Part shown: positions 9,561 through 18,292 of the stretch, piece after piece
Position numbering within the stretch: the stretch's first letter is position 1
Layout: each line of letters starts with the position of its first letter
Source: Candidatus Saccharimonadales bacterium
GTDB lineage: Bacteria > Patescibacteriota > Saccharimonadia > Saccharimonadales > Saccharimonadaceae
Length of the DNA: 64,000 nucleotides
Assembly (NCBI GenBank): GCA_038319685.1
Contig: JBBQDN010000005.1
Coordinates: 15,277 to 79,276, forward strand
Direction of reading: 5' to 3'
Notes under the pieces: generated by a model
What the model was told of the DNA's origin: nothing
Databases searched by the model: none
What the model saw: the letters and a program-made list of their open reading frames with translations, nothing else
Position numbers and translations under genes: made by a program

Positions 9561-10654
9561 GCCATATTGCGATCGATGCACGAATCATTAAGTCGTCGAC
9601 GGGTCGCTATGTCGAAAGATTATTACATTACTTACAAAAAATTGATCATGAGAATAACTATACAGTTTTAATTCGTTCCAAAGACAAAGATTTTTGGAAA
9701 CCATCATCACCTAATTTTAAAATTGTTATTGCAGATTTTGACGATTATTCGTTCGGTGAACAGATAGGATTCAAACGATTACTCGATTCATTATCACCTG
9801 ATCTGGTTCATTTTTGCATGCCGCAGCAACCTATATCGTACCGAGGTAAAAAAGTCACGACTATTCATGATTTAATACTGCTAAAAACATATAATTCCGA
9901 CAAAAACTGGTTTATATTCCATACTAAACAATTCGTTGGCCGGTTTGTTTTTAAACGAGTCGCTAGATCAAACAACCATATACTATCCCCCACTAAATTC
10001 ACAAAAGACGATATTTTGAAATTTGTTTCCGTGCCATCGGATAAAATTACGATCACGTGTGAATCAGCAGATGTTATTAAAAGTAAACAAACTCCTTACA
10101 AGCACCCGTTTAAAACATACATCATGTATACTGGTTCGCAAAGTGATTATAAAAACATCAAACGACTAGGTGATGCACACCAAAAACTACTAGTGACTCA
10201 CCCAAATCTTGGCCTCATTTTAGTGGGTAAAAAAAACGATAGTGCACTAATTAACGAAGCATATTTCATGAAAAAAGGCTATAAAAATATTCATTTCACT
10301 GGGTTTGTATCGGACGAAGAATTAGCTTGGCTATATAGCAACACCGAAGCATACATATTCCCGTCGCTTATGGAAGGGTTTGGACTGCCTGGACTCGAGG
10401 CAATGGGATACGGCGCACCGGTCGTTAGTAGTAATACAACCTGCCTACCGGAAGTATATGGGGATGCAGCGCATTACTTTAACCCACTTAGTATTAGTTA
10501 TATTGCATCATCTATTAAGGACGTCATTGATAATAAAGTACTTAAAAAATCACTGATTAAAAAAGGCTACGAACAGTTCAATAAATATTCATGGGAACGA
10601 ATGGCGAAGCAAACTCACCAGGTATATATAGATGTGTTACAAAATAAGACTTAA
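9557..10654 (+). CDS. GT4 (Glycos_transf_1) glycosyltransferase
   Basis: C-terminal EGFGLPGLEAMGYGAPVVSSNTTCLPEVYGDAA is the E-x7-E region typical of GT4. Confidence 0.85.
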   Translation: MSHIAIDARIIKSSTGRYVERLLHYLQKIDHENNYTVLIRSKDKDFWKPSSPNFKIVIADFDDYSFGEQIGFKRLLDSLSPDLVHFCMPQQPISYRGKKVTTIHDLILLKTYNSDKNWFIFHTKQFVGRFVFKRVARSNNHILSPTKFTKDDILKFVSVPSDKITITCESADVIKSKQTPYKHPFKTYIMYTGSQSDYKNIKRLGDAHQKLLVTHPNLGLILVGKKNDSALINEAYFMKKGYKNIHFTGFVSDEELAWLYSNTEAYIFPSLMEGFGLPGLEAMGYGAPVVSSNTTCLPEVYGDAAHYFNPLSISYIASSIKDVIDNKVLKKSLIKKGYEQFNKYSWERMAKQTHQVYIDVLQNKT

Positions 10655-11112
10655 GAACTTTTTTGCGCAATAATAATACGACGCTCACGACCTTCACCTT
10701 CAGAAAAGGTACGAATGTCATCATACTCACTGGCAACATGATGAACAATCCGTCGATCGGCTGCGTTAAGGTCGGCTATATATGAGTCACCGGTCGTGCG
10801 TACACCTTCGATCCATTCACGGGCTTTTTCGGCTAGTTTTTCAGCACGTTGTTTTTTGTAGTCGGCAACATCAACATTAACGCGTGCAACGACTGCTTCG
10901 TTATTGCGAAGTGTCGTCGAGATAAGATACTGAATACTCCGAAGTGTTTCAGCATTACGACCAATCAGTAGACTATTATATTCACTAGTCGGAACAGATA
11001 GTTCGATAACGTCCTCCTGGCAACTTGCCGTTACTTCAAGATTGACACTAAAAAATGACAAAATATCTTCGAGGTATTTCTTTGCAAAATCAATTGATGC
11101 TTGTTGATCCAT
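10651..11112 (-). CDS. jag: Jag/KhpB-like RNA-binding protein (KH + R3H)
   Basis: R3H-like ADRRIVHHVASEYDDIRTFSEGEGRERRIII. Lies immediately downstream of yidC with a 1-nt overlap. Confidence 0.8.
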   Translation of the reverse strand: MDQQASIDFAKKYLEDILSFFSVNLEVTASCQEDVIELSVPTSEYNSLLIGRNAETLRSIQYLISTTLRNNEAVVARVNVDVADYKKQRAEKLAEKAREWIEGVRTTGDSYIADLNAADRRIVHHVASEYDDIRTFSEGEGRERRIIIAQKSS

Positions 11113-12062
11113 TATTTGCCTCCTTTTTTATAGCTATCCTTGGCGACGATACGCGTTACTGTCCCCGTCTTAGCAACTTTTTCGCGGGCTTTGGCAGTGG
11201 CCTTTTTGTGAGGTGCAGTACCAGGTGTTTTTAAATCTGCAATTTGGTCAAGTTCGATTTCATCCTTTTTCAAAAGGTAGCGTTGTTGAGCGACCGCGAC
11301 AAGGTTTGATACTGCATAATATAGTGCCAGTGCACCAGGAACAGTAATCATAATAAAGAACATAAAGAATGGAAGTACTTTGACCATTTTTCCCATAACG
11401 ATCGCGTTCATTTCGGACTGATCAGCTTGTTTACCGTCGGCTGCTTCGGTGATAACATCGCGTAGACGTTTTTTGTTTTCGGTGTGTGGCATTGTCTGTT
11501 TTGACATAATATATTGTGTACCTGCGGCAATTACCGCGAGGATAACAAGGACGATATTAACGCTACCGTGAGAAAATGCACTCTGTGTCAGGTTAACGAC
11601 ACCAAATAATGTTTCGTTAAATTTATCAGGATGTTGGATAATTTGTTTGATTGGTTCAAGGTTTTCAAGAAAATCATAAGTAAATTTTGCTACTTGATCA
11701 CGGTGAAGGGTAAAAACCTGAATAACACTGTAAAGTGCGATGAAGATCGGAAGTTGAATCAAAAGAATACCGATTGATCGGAACGGACTTACACCGTGTT
11801 GTTTATACAGCTCGAGCATCTGCATACTTTCGAGTTGTTTATTGCCTTTTGTCGCTTTTTTAATCTTTGCGAGTTCAGGTTGAAGTTTTTTCATTGCTTT
11901 TGTTTGGTGAAGTTGTCTTTTCACCAACGGGTACATTGCTGTACGAATAAGGATTGTGAACAAAATAAGTGCAACACCAAAATCATGACCTGGAATAACA
12001 CTATAGAGGACAATGAGCAGGTTAAAGATTGGCTGCACAATCAAGATATCAAAAATATTCAC
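11112..12062 (-). CDS. yidC: membrane protein insertase YidC/Oxa1 family
   Basis: Short Gram-positive-type YidC: PLVKRQLHQTKAMKKLQPEL, ELYKQHGVSPF, multiple TM helices, basic C-tail. Conserved rnpA-yidC-jag order. Confidence 0.9.
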   Translation of the reverse strand: MNIFDILIVQPIFNLLIVLYSVIPGHDFGVALILFTILIRTAMYPLVKRQLHQTKAMKKLQPELAKIKKATKGNKQLESMQMLELYKQHGVSPFRSIGILLIQLPIFIALYSVIQVFTLHRDQVAKFTYDFLENLEPIKQIIQHPDKFNETLFGVVNLTQSAFSHGSVNIVLVILAVIAAGTQYIMSKQTMPHTENKKRLRDVITEAADGKQADQSEMNAIVMGKMVKVLPFFMFFIMITVPGALALYYAVSNLVAVAQQRYLLKKDEIELDQIADLKTPGTAPHKKATAKAREKVAKTGTVTRIVAKDSYKKGGK

Positions 12063-12110
12063 ACTTAAACTCCAAAACTATTTGATTAATATTATAGCAG
12101 TTTTTAGGGA

Positions 12111-12458
12111 TTATTTATAGAGATTTGCTGACTCGAAAAGTTCGCGAATCACCTTTGTAAGTTCATCTGCTGGTAGTGAGATAACTTCACTAGAAAAAAC
12201 GAGGAGTGCGACATCATACACACCATTTAGTTTCGGATGTTCATGCCGAATAACTTCGTAAATACGACGGCGTATACGATTACGACCAACAGCACTTTTG
12301 AGCACTTTTTTACTAACAACAACTGAAAACCGTGAGTTTTTTCGATGAGAATTGGGAGAATATTTAATCGTCACTAAATGTGACCGAATGGCATGGCCGT
12401 TTTTATACACGTAGCGTAAACTACTGTGTCCATGAAACCGGTAAAGAAATGCGATCAT
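12111..12458 (-). CDS. rnpA: ribonuclease P protein component
   Basis: RFSVVVSKKVLKSAVGRNRIRRRIYE is the RNR motif. I chose internal ATG 12458 (MIAFLYRF...); the track's longer N-terminus (to 12557) is low-complexity and would abut rpmH. Confidence 0.8.
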   Translation of the reverse strand: MIAFLYRFHGHSSLRYVYKNGHAIRSHLVTIKYSPNSHRKNSRFSVVVSKKVLKSAVGRNRIRRRIYEVIRHEHPKLNGVYDVALLVFSSEVISLPADELTKVIRELFESANLYK

Positions 12459-12561
12459 GTAGGTAGTATATGGTATTTGGCTGGAAGATGGTATTTGGAA
12501 TATAGAATATGGCGTGTTTATAAATATCAAATAAAAAATGGCTCTGTATCGAGCCATTTTC

Positions 12562-12699
12562 TTAGACGGTCAGTTGAGCGCGACCTTTAATTCGGCGACG
12601 CTTAATAACAGCACGTCCAGCCTTGGTCGAAACACGTGCACGAAAGCCGTGAGTACGAGCGCGGTGGCGGGTGTGTGGTTGGTGGGTTCGTTTTGGCAT
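12562..12699 (-). CDS. rpmH: 50S ribosomal protein L34
   Basis: Not in the track (45 aa). My translation is [45 protein letters not shown], which fits the L34 consensus. Canonical position upstream of rnpA. Confidence 0.9.
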   Translation of the reverse strand: MPKRTHQPHTRHRARTHGFRARVSTKAGRAVIKRRRIKGRAQLTV

Positions 12700-12784
12700 A
12701 TCCTTGCTATTGTAGCTTTTTTATCTTTTTTTTGCAAGGTTATGTATTGAACAAGGTTGGCTGTTGTTGTCTAATAATAAAAAC

Positions 12785-12899
12785 TTCTCCACATACATTG
12801 AACAGTTATCCACACTTTTATAGATTGACTGGCTCACTGTGGAAAACTAGCACCCCTTGTCTCTGCGATATTACGGTACGGATTGATGGTTGTGGAAAA
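12785..12899. promoter_or_regulatory. DnaA-box cluster upstream of dnaA (putative oriC / dnaA autoregulatory region)
   Basis: Perfect TTATCCACA at 12806-12814. One-mismatch boxes: TTCTCCACA at 12785-12793, and TTTTCCACA on the reverse strand at 12838-12846 and 12891-12899. An AT-rich tract lies at 12721-12783. Confidence 0.6.
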
Positions 12900-12970
12900 C
12901 TTATGACACGGCTATACTAAAAGTAATACAAGTTTGAGGTAGAAACGACCAAAGGGATAGGTTTTTTATA

Positions 12971-14329
12971 ATGGATCGTGGGTTATGGCAGAGTGTACTT
13001 GGCGAGATCGAATTATCAGTTTCGCATGCTGCTTTTACAACGTGGTTTAAAAATACCGAACTTATAAGTAGTAATGACGATGTTTTTACGATTGCTGTTC
13101 CGAATATTTTTGCAAAAACCCAGTTTGAAAAAAAGTTTAATCAACAGATTAAAGACATATTACTAAAAAACGGTGCGTCTCCTCGAAAAATTACTTATAC
13201 AGTACGAACGACTCATAAAACAATCGTAAGCCGAGAAGTGACTCAGAATGAATCACGGGTTGATGAATTAATGTCAAAACCGTCTTCATTGATATCAAGG
13301 AACGCTGCACCGAAAAACGGACTCAATCCTCGTTACACGTTTTCTAATTTCATTGTCGGGTCAAGTAATGACCTGGCGTACACTGCCTGCCAGGCTGTCG
13401 CGTCACAACCAGGCACGAAATATAACCCTCTCTTTTTATACGGTGGGGTTGGGCTCGGTAAAACTCACCTTATGCAAGCGGTTGGTAATGAAATTGCTCT
13501 TCATCAACCAGATGCCCGAATTCTCTATATCAGTTCCGAGACGTTCGTCAAAGAATTCCTGGAAAGTATTCGGTTCAAGAAAAAAGGTTTTTCGGATAAG
13601 TACCGAAATGTCGATGTCCTGATTGTTGACGATATGCAGTTTATTGCCGGTAAAGAAAAAACTCAGGAGGAGTTCTTTCACACTTTTAATGAGCTCCATC
13701 AAAACAATAAACAAATTATTATCAGTAGTGATAAACCTCCAAAAAGCATCCCGACTCTTACCGAGCGTCTGCGAAGTCGATTCGAATGGGGTATGTCGAT
13801 TGATATTCAGATGCCCGATTTTGAAACCAGATGTGCAATTATTGCGGCTAAATCGTCACTATCGGGTGTTGAACTAGGCCGTGAAACAGTTGAGTACCTT
13901 GCAAATACCATTAAAACAAATATTCGTGAACTTGAAGGTGCATTAAATCAATTACTTGCCTATGCTGAAATGCGCGGCGTCACACCTGATATTTCAATCG
14001 CCGAAGGATTGATTGGTAATATACGTGTCTCGCGACCACAACACTTACTTCCTCGTCAGATTATCGAAAAAACAGCCAGGCACTTTCAAATTGATAGTAA
14101 GGAAATATGTAGCGCCAAACGGGACAAACATATTGTTGTGCCGCGTCAGATCGCCATGTATTTACTACGTAGTGAACTGCACCTTAGTTTCCCAAAGATT
14201 GCTGTTGAACTCGGACGTAAAGACCACACTACTGCTATTCATTCCGTCGAAAAGATTGAAAAAGCTATGAAATTAGATTTCATGATTCGCGAGCAAGTCG
14301 CAGAAATTCGAGAGAAACTTTATGCGTAA
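12971..14329 (+). CDS. dnaA: chromosomal replication initiator DnaA
   Basis: GGVGLGKTHL (Walker A), LIVDDMQF, ELEGAL, and a C-terminal DnaA-box-binding HTH (RQIAMYL..DHTTAIH). Confidence 0.97.
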   Translation: MDRGLWQSVLGEIELSVSHAAFTTWFKNTELISSNDDVFTIAVPNIFAKTQFEKKFNQQIKDILLKNGASPRKITYTVRTTHKTIVSREVTQNESRVDELMSKPSSLISRNAAPKNGLNPRYTFSNFIVGSSNDLAYTACQAVASQPGTKYNPLFLYGGVGLGKTHLMQAVGNEIALHQPDARILYISSETFVKEFLESIRFKKKGFSDKYRNVDVLIVDDMQFIAGKEKTQEEFFHTFNELHQNNKQIIISSDKPPKSIPTLTERLRSRFEWGMSIDIQMPDFETRCAIIAAKSSLSGVELGRETVEYLANTIKTNIRELEGALNQLLAYAEMRGVTPDISIAEGLIGNIRVSRPQHLLPRQIIEKTARHFQIDSKEICSAKRDKHIVVPRQIAMYLLRSELHLSFPKIAVELGRKDHTTAIHSVEKIEKAMKLDFMIREQVAEIREKLYA

Positions 14330-14342
14330 AACAATATATCTT

Positions 14343-14554
14343 GGTGGAAAAACTGTGCATAGTACGGGGATACAAACCAGTATAACTTGTGTGGTATCAT
14401 CCCCTGTTATGTATACAACCAAGCGAAATCAAGATACTTGGTCGGATAAATGGCTAGTTATACGAACTTTTATACCTTACTTACTCACGTACCTATCCAC
14501 ACCTAAAATTACCCATCTACCTCTATTGAACACATTTTTTACCCCGTTTCCACA
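14343..14554. promoter_or_regulatory. degenerate DnaA-box-like sites in dnaA-dnaN spacer (possible second oriC half)
   Basis: CTATCCACA at 14493-14501 (1 mismatch). GTTTCCACA at 14546-14554 and reverse TTTTCCACC at 14343-14351 (2 mismatches each). The 275-nt spacer is non-coding and AT-rich. Confidence 0.35.
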
Positions 14555-14604
14555 GCCCCTATTAATAGCAACCACCAAAGGAAATATTTAAAAAGGAACT
14601 AATA

Positions 14605-15705
14605 ATGAAACTCTCAGTAACTCAGGAAAATCTCTCAAAAGCACTGACAATAGTTGGACGAGTCGCCAGCAGTAAAACACAACTTCCTATTCTTAGTAAT
14701 ATTCTGCTTCGAACAGACGGCACTCGCCTACTTATTGCAGCGACAAATTTGGAAATAGCAACAACGCAGTATATTGGTGCGAAAGTAGTCGCTCCAGGCG
14801 CTATTACAATTCCTGCAAAACTGGTTGTTGAGTTCGTATCAAGCCTTCCGAAAGGGACTGTTGAACTAGAAGTAAAAGACAGTAATTTACATATTCGTGC
14901 AGGAAGTTATAGTTCGACAATTAATGGCGTCATTGCTGATGAATTTCCTGAACTCCCGACGATTGATGAATCGGCATCGGTTCACTATACGATTAATACA
15001 ACCGATTTTAAACAAGCTGTTTCACAAACGATTATAACCAGTGGAAGTGATAATACTCGTCCTGTGCTTACGGGAGTATTTTGGCACTCATTTGAAGGCT
15101 ATCTCTATTTAGCGGCAACGGATGGGTATCGGCTATCTGAACGAAAATTGATTGAAACAAAAAGTGAGATTGCGGCGATCATTCCAACCACTACACTTCA
15201 GGAAATACTTCGGACACTTACAGATGACGTTCATGAAATCGATGTATTATTTGACGAAACCCAGGTACGGTTTCGAATTGGTGAATCTGAAGTAACCAGT
15301 CGACTGATCGACGGGAATTATCCTGACTATCGTCAATTAATCCCGGCAAAGTCAGAAACCGAGATTACTGTTTCGACCGATGAATTTACACGAATTACAA
15401 AAATAGCCGGTTTATTTGCCCGCGAATCAGGTGGAAGTATCACGATTACTGCAGACAAAGAAAAGCAAAGTTTTGCGATTCACTCGATTGCTTCACAAAT
15501 TGGTGAAAACACTTCTCATTCGGATGCGCAAATTAGTCATGATGGTCAAGTAACTCTTAATTCTCGCTATCTTAGCGAAGCACTGTCTGTTATCGACGGC
15601 GACACGGTTATTTTCAGGTTTAGCGGTAAACTTGCGCCGTGTGTTCTGACCACAACAACCAAAGATGTGATTTATAAACACATTATTATGCCACTGAAAA
15701 GCTAA
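14605..15705 (+). CDS. dnaN: DNA polymerase III beta sliding clamp
   Basis: 366 aa. N-terminal MKLSVTQENLSKAL..V..SK..LPILSNILL and three-domain length. Sits between dnaA and recF. Confidence 0.95.
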   Translation: MKLSVTQENLSKALTIVGRVASSKTQLPILSNILLRTDGTRLLIAATNLEIATTQYIGAKVVAPGAITIPAKLVVEFVSSLPKGTVELEVKDSNLHIRAGSYSSTINGVIADEFPELPTIDESASVHYTINTTDFKQAVSQTIITSGSDNTRPVLTGVFWHSFEGYLYLAATDGYRLSERKLIETKSEIAAIIPTTTLQEILRTLTDDVHEIDVLFDETQVRFRIGESEVTSRLIDGNYPDYRQLIPAKSETEITVSTDEFTRITKIAGLFARESGGSITITADKEKQSFAIHSIASQIGENTSHSDAQISHDGQVTLNSRYLSEALSVIDGDTVIFRFSGKLAPCVLTTTTKDVIYKHIIMPLKS

Positions 15706-15707
15706 CT

Positions 15708-16745
15708 ATGACTCTGTTGCGCCGACTTAAGGTTCAGAACTTTCGTACTCACATCACGATGGACGTGAGTATTCATGACGGCGTGACACTTATTACGGGT
15801 TCGAACGGAAGTGGTAAAACATCACTTATCGAAGCGATCTATATTGCCCTGCGTGGTTCGTCGTTTCGTGGGGTTGATATGGATATTGTTCGGCATAGTA
15901 GCGAGTGGTGGCGGGTCGATCTATTAGATGATGACCAGGCGACCCGCAGTGTAATGTTTGACTCATCGAAATCAACCGGACGTAAACGGTTTATTATCGA
16001 CAGTAAAACGACGTATCGCTTACCTCAAAAACACAAATGGCCGGTTGTATTGTTTGAACCGGATGACCTTCGGTTACTCCATGGCTCACCTGCGCGCCGT
16101 CGATTATTTATTGATCGCTTCATAGGCCAGTTAGACCCACTGTACACGACGGTACTTCATAAATACGAACGAGGACTCAAGCAACGGAATAATTTGCTTA
16201 AAAAGCAGTATATTGCCGATGACGAGCTGTTTGTTTGGGATCTATTACTTAGTGAATATGGTGCAGAGATTATTCAAAAACGAGTTCACTATATTGAATT
16301 ACTACAATCCGAGCTGTCGGACACCTATAATTCAATTGCACATACGGATGATGAGGTGAAAATTCATTATTCACACGACATTACAAGACAAAAACTACTG
16401 AGTGATTTTCATGAACATCACAGTAAAGACAAAGCTATGGGTAATACAAGCGTCGGACCACATCGACACGACATAGACTTTATCTTTAATAGTATGCCTG
16501 CAACGACCGTTGCGTCACGGGGTGAAATACGAAGTGTTGTTCTTGCGCTTAAATTCCTTGAAGTAAAGATTATTGAATCAGGACTTGGCATGAAACCAAT
16601 TATCTTACTTGACGATGTTTACAGTGAACTTGACGAAACACGTCGTCATAAACTTGTCGATAGTATCAAGACATACCAGGTTATTATGACGAACACACAT
16701 GGATTACCAGAAGCGAAAACATATCATCATATTGAACTTGTTTAA
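15708..16745 (+). CDS. recF: DNA replication/repair protein RecF
   Basis: L.V.NFR, Walker A GSNGSGKTSLIEAI, LLDDVYSELD (Walker B/D-loop). Confidence 0.9.
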   Translation: MTLLRRLKVQNFRTHITMDVSIHDGVTLITGSNGSGKTSLIEAIYIALRGSSFRGVDMDIVRHSSEWWRVDLLDDDQATRSVMFDSSKSTGRKRFIIDSKTTYRLPQKHKWPVVLFEPDDLRLLHGSPARRRLFIDRFIGQLDPLYTTVLHKYERGLKQRNNLLKKQYIADDELFVWDLLLSEYGAEIIQKRVHYIELLQSELSDTYNSIAHTDDEVKIHYSHDITRQKLLSDFHEHHSKDKAMGNTSVGPHRHDIDFIFNSMPATTVASRGEIRSVVLALKFLEVKIIESGLGMKPIILLDDVYSELDETRRHKLVDSIKTYQVIMTNTHGLPEAKTYHHIELV

Positions 16746-17419
16746 TTAATAAGAACAGGCAGACCTAGATCGATAGCGTTTACTTTACTCAGTACGTCAT
16801 GAGGAATCTGAGGATATTGTTTTGATGAGAGTGTGACTCCGGGTGGGTTCGTGACGAGTACCCAATTACCTTTTTCTTTTTTCATAACGAACCGCAGGCG
16901 ATCACGGCTAAGGGATTCTTTACCGGTGTAATTAAGCGTACTTCCAAACCATTCACCATGACTATATAACTTTCCTTCGTTTAACGAATAAAGTGTTTTC
17001 AGTGTTGGGCTATCGCGGTCAAGAGCAGCTAATATATCAGGTAATTCAGCTTTGAGCTGTGACATGAGGTATGTATCGCTATAGTCGACATCTATTTTTT
17101 GTGTCACAGGTTTGTCGCCGACAAGTACTCTGATCGTCTTGCTTTTAATACTATCACCAGTTGCTTTGAGTGTATACGTCCCCTTTTTCAGAGTTATTTC
17201 TTTACCCTGTTCAATAACTTGATTGAGTGTTCCAAGCGAACTAGAGATACCCGTATTTGGCTCACCGTTATATAATTCCATTTTTTTCACCAGCGCACTA
17301 TCAAACGTAATAGTAAGTTTTTGAATCGAATTTAAGTAACTCGCATAGATAAGTATTGGCGTCACGATAATGATAAGTACGACGGAGATAATAATTAGTT
17401 TTCGGTATTTATATAACAT
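16742..17419 (-). CDS. bitopic membrane protein, function unknown (last gene of T4SS-like block)
   Basis: N-terminal KLIIISVVLIIIVTPILIYA anchor followed by a ~195-aa soluble domain. 3-nt gap to the upstream gene. Convergent 4-nt overlap with recF. Confidence 0.55.
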   Translation of the reverse strand: MLYKYRKLIIISVVLIIIVTPILIYASYLNSIQKLTITFDSALVKKMELYNGEPNTGISSSLGTLNQVIEQGKEITLKKGTYTLKATGDSIKSKTIRVLVGDKPVTQKIDVDYSDTYLMSQLKAELPDILAALDRDSPTLKTLYSLNEGKLYSHGEWFGSTLNYTGKESLSRDRLRFVMKKEKGNWVLVTNPPGVTLSSKQYPQIPHDVLSKVNAIDLGLPVLIN

Positions 17420-17422
17420 AGC

Positions 17423-17794
17423 TTATTTCTCCAACGGATTCTTGAAATCAATAAATTCAATTTTATAATCGGTAACGTCATATCCCCAGGCTTTTAACTT
17501 TTCAATCGCCACATAACGATAACGTGGTGATGGTGTCCGGATGGTTATGACAATATCATTACTCGTTTCACCAACCGTTTTATAGGCAATTGTATAATAC
17601 GGATCAATGTACGGTAATCGTGTTGTGATTGGATTGTCGTCGATGAATGATGTTCTGACATCAACTGTCGCCGGTGGCTGTGATTTGGACAATAATATCC
17701 CACCAATAACGACAAATATAACTATTCCTCCGATTATTAGTAGCGTAATGAGCCTGCTGTTTTTGTCAATAAAATCTTTTATCATATTCCCCAC
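17423..17794 (-). CDS. bitopic membrane protein, function unknown (T4SS-like block)
   Basis: Single N-terminal TM (LITLLIIGGIVIFVVIGGILL). 1-nt gap to the upstream gene. Confidence 0.55.
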   Translation of the reverse strand: MGNMIKDFIDKNSRLITLLIIGGIVIFVVIGGILLSKSQPPATVDVRTSFIDDNPITTRLPYIDPYYTIAYKTVGETSNDIVITIRTPSPRYRYVAIEKLKAWGYDVTDYKIEFIDFKNPLEK

Positions 17795-17795
17795 C

Positions 17796-18281
17796 TTACA
17801 TATCTACCGAAGGTTCATTTTTAATTGTCTTTGACGTATCATCGTCAATTTTTAGACTAAAATGTGACATATCTATATCTGTTATAGTGACAAATATATA
17901 TTTTTTACTATCAACCTCGCCGAGTCTCACTTTAAAGCTATATACTCTAGTATTCTTGGTATATGTCAGTGATTTTGCGTTAATTGCTACCTGTTTATAG
18001 GTGTTTTTATATGTATCAATGACAGTTGTTTTTAGTAGTGATACAACTTTTTTAGATTGGTGAGAGCCCATTCCTTTATCGATAAGGAGTGAACTTCCAT
18101 ATAGAGAGAATTCACTTGCTTTTTCACCCGATGTTACACCGTTAACGGTGATAATCTGGCCAGTATCAGGATCGAGCGTATCGTAACTGACTTTGAATTT
18201 TGCTTGGTAAATAAAGTATACTCCCAAGGCAGACAAGATGAGGACGAATATAAGGCTAGCTATAATAATATATCGTTTCAT
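17796..18281 (-). CDS. bitopic membrane protein, function unknown (T4SS-like block)
   Basis: Single N-terminal TM (YIIIASLIFVLILSALGVYFI). Tightly packed in the operon. Confidence 0.55.
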   Translation of the reverse strand: MKRYIIIASLIFVLILSALGVYFIYQAKFKVSYDTLDPDTGQIITVNGVTSGEKASEFSLYGSSLLIDKGMGSHQSKKVVSLLKTTVIDTYKNTYKQVAINAKSLTYTKNTRVYSFKVRLGEVDSKKYIFVTITDIDMSHFSLKIDDDTSKTIKNEPSVDM

Positions 18282-18292
18282 ATCATACCTTT

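Noticed and set aside
12538-12920. Track ORFs 12538-12750 (+, 70 aa) and 12636-12920 (+, 94 aa).
   Set aside because: The first is antisense to a clear rpmH (L34) gene. The second runs through the DnaA-box/AT-rich origin region and has no RBS. Both are better explained as non-coding.
14322-14591. An 89-aa plus-strand ORF filling the dnaA-dnaN spacer.
   Set aside because: It overlaps the dnaA stop, has odd composition and no RBS. The region carries DnaA-box-like sites and is the classical oriC location.
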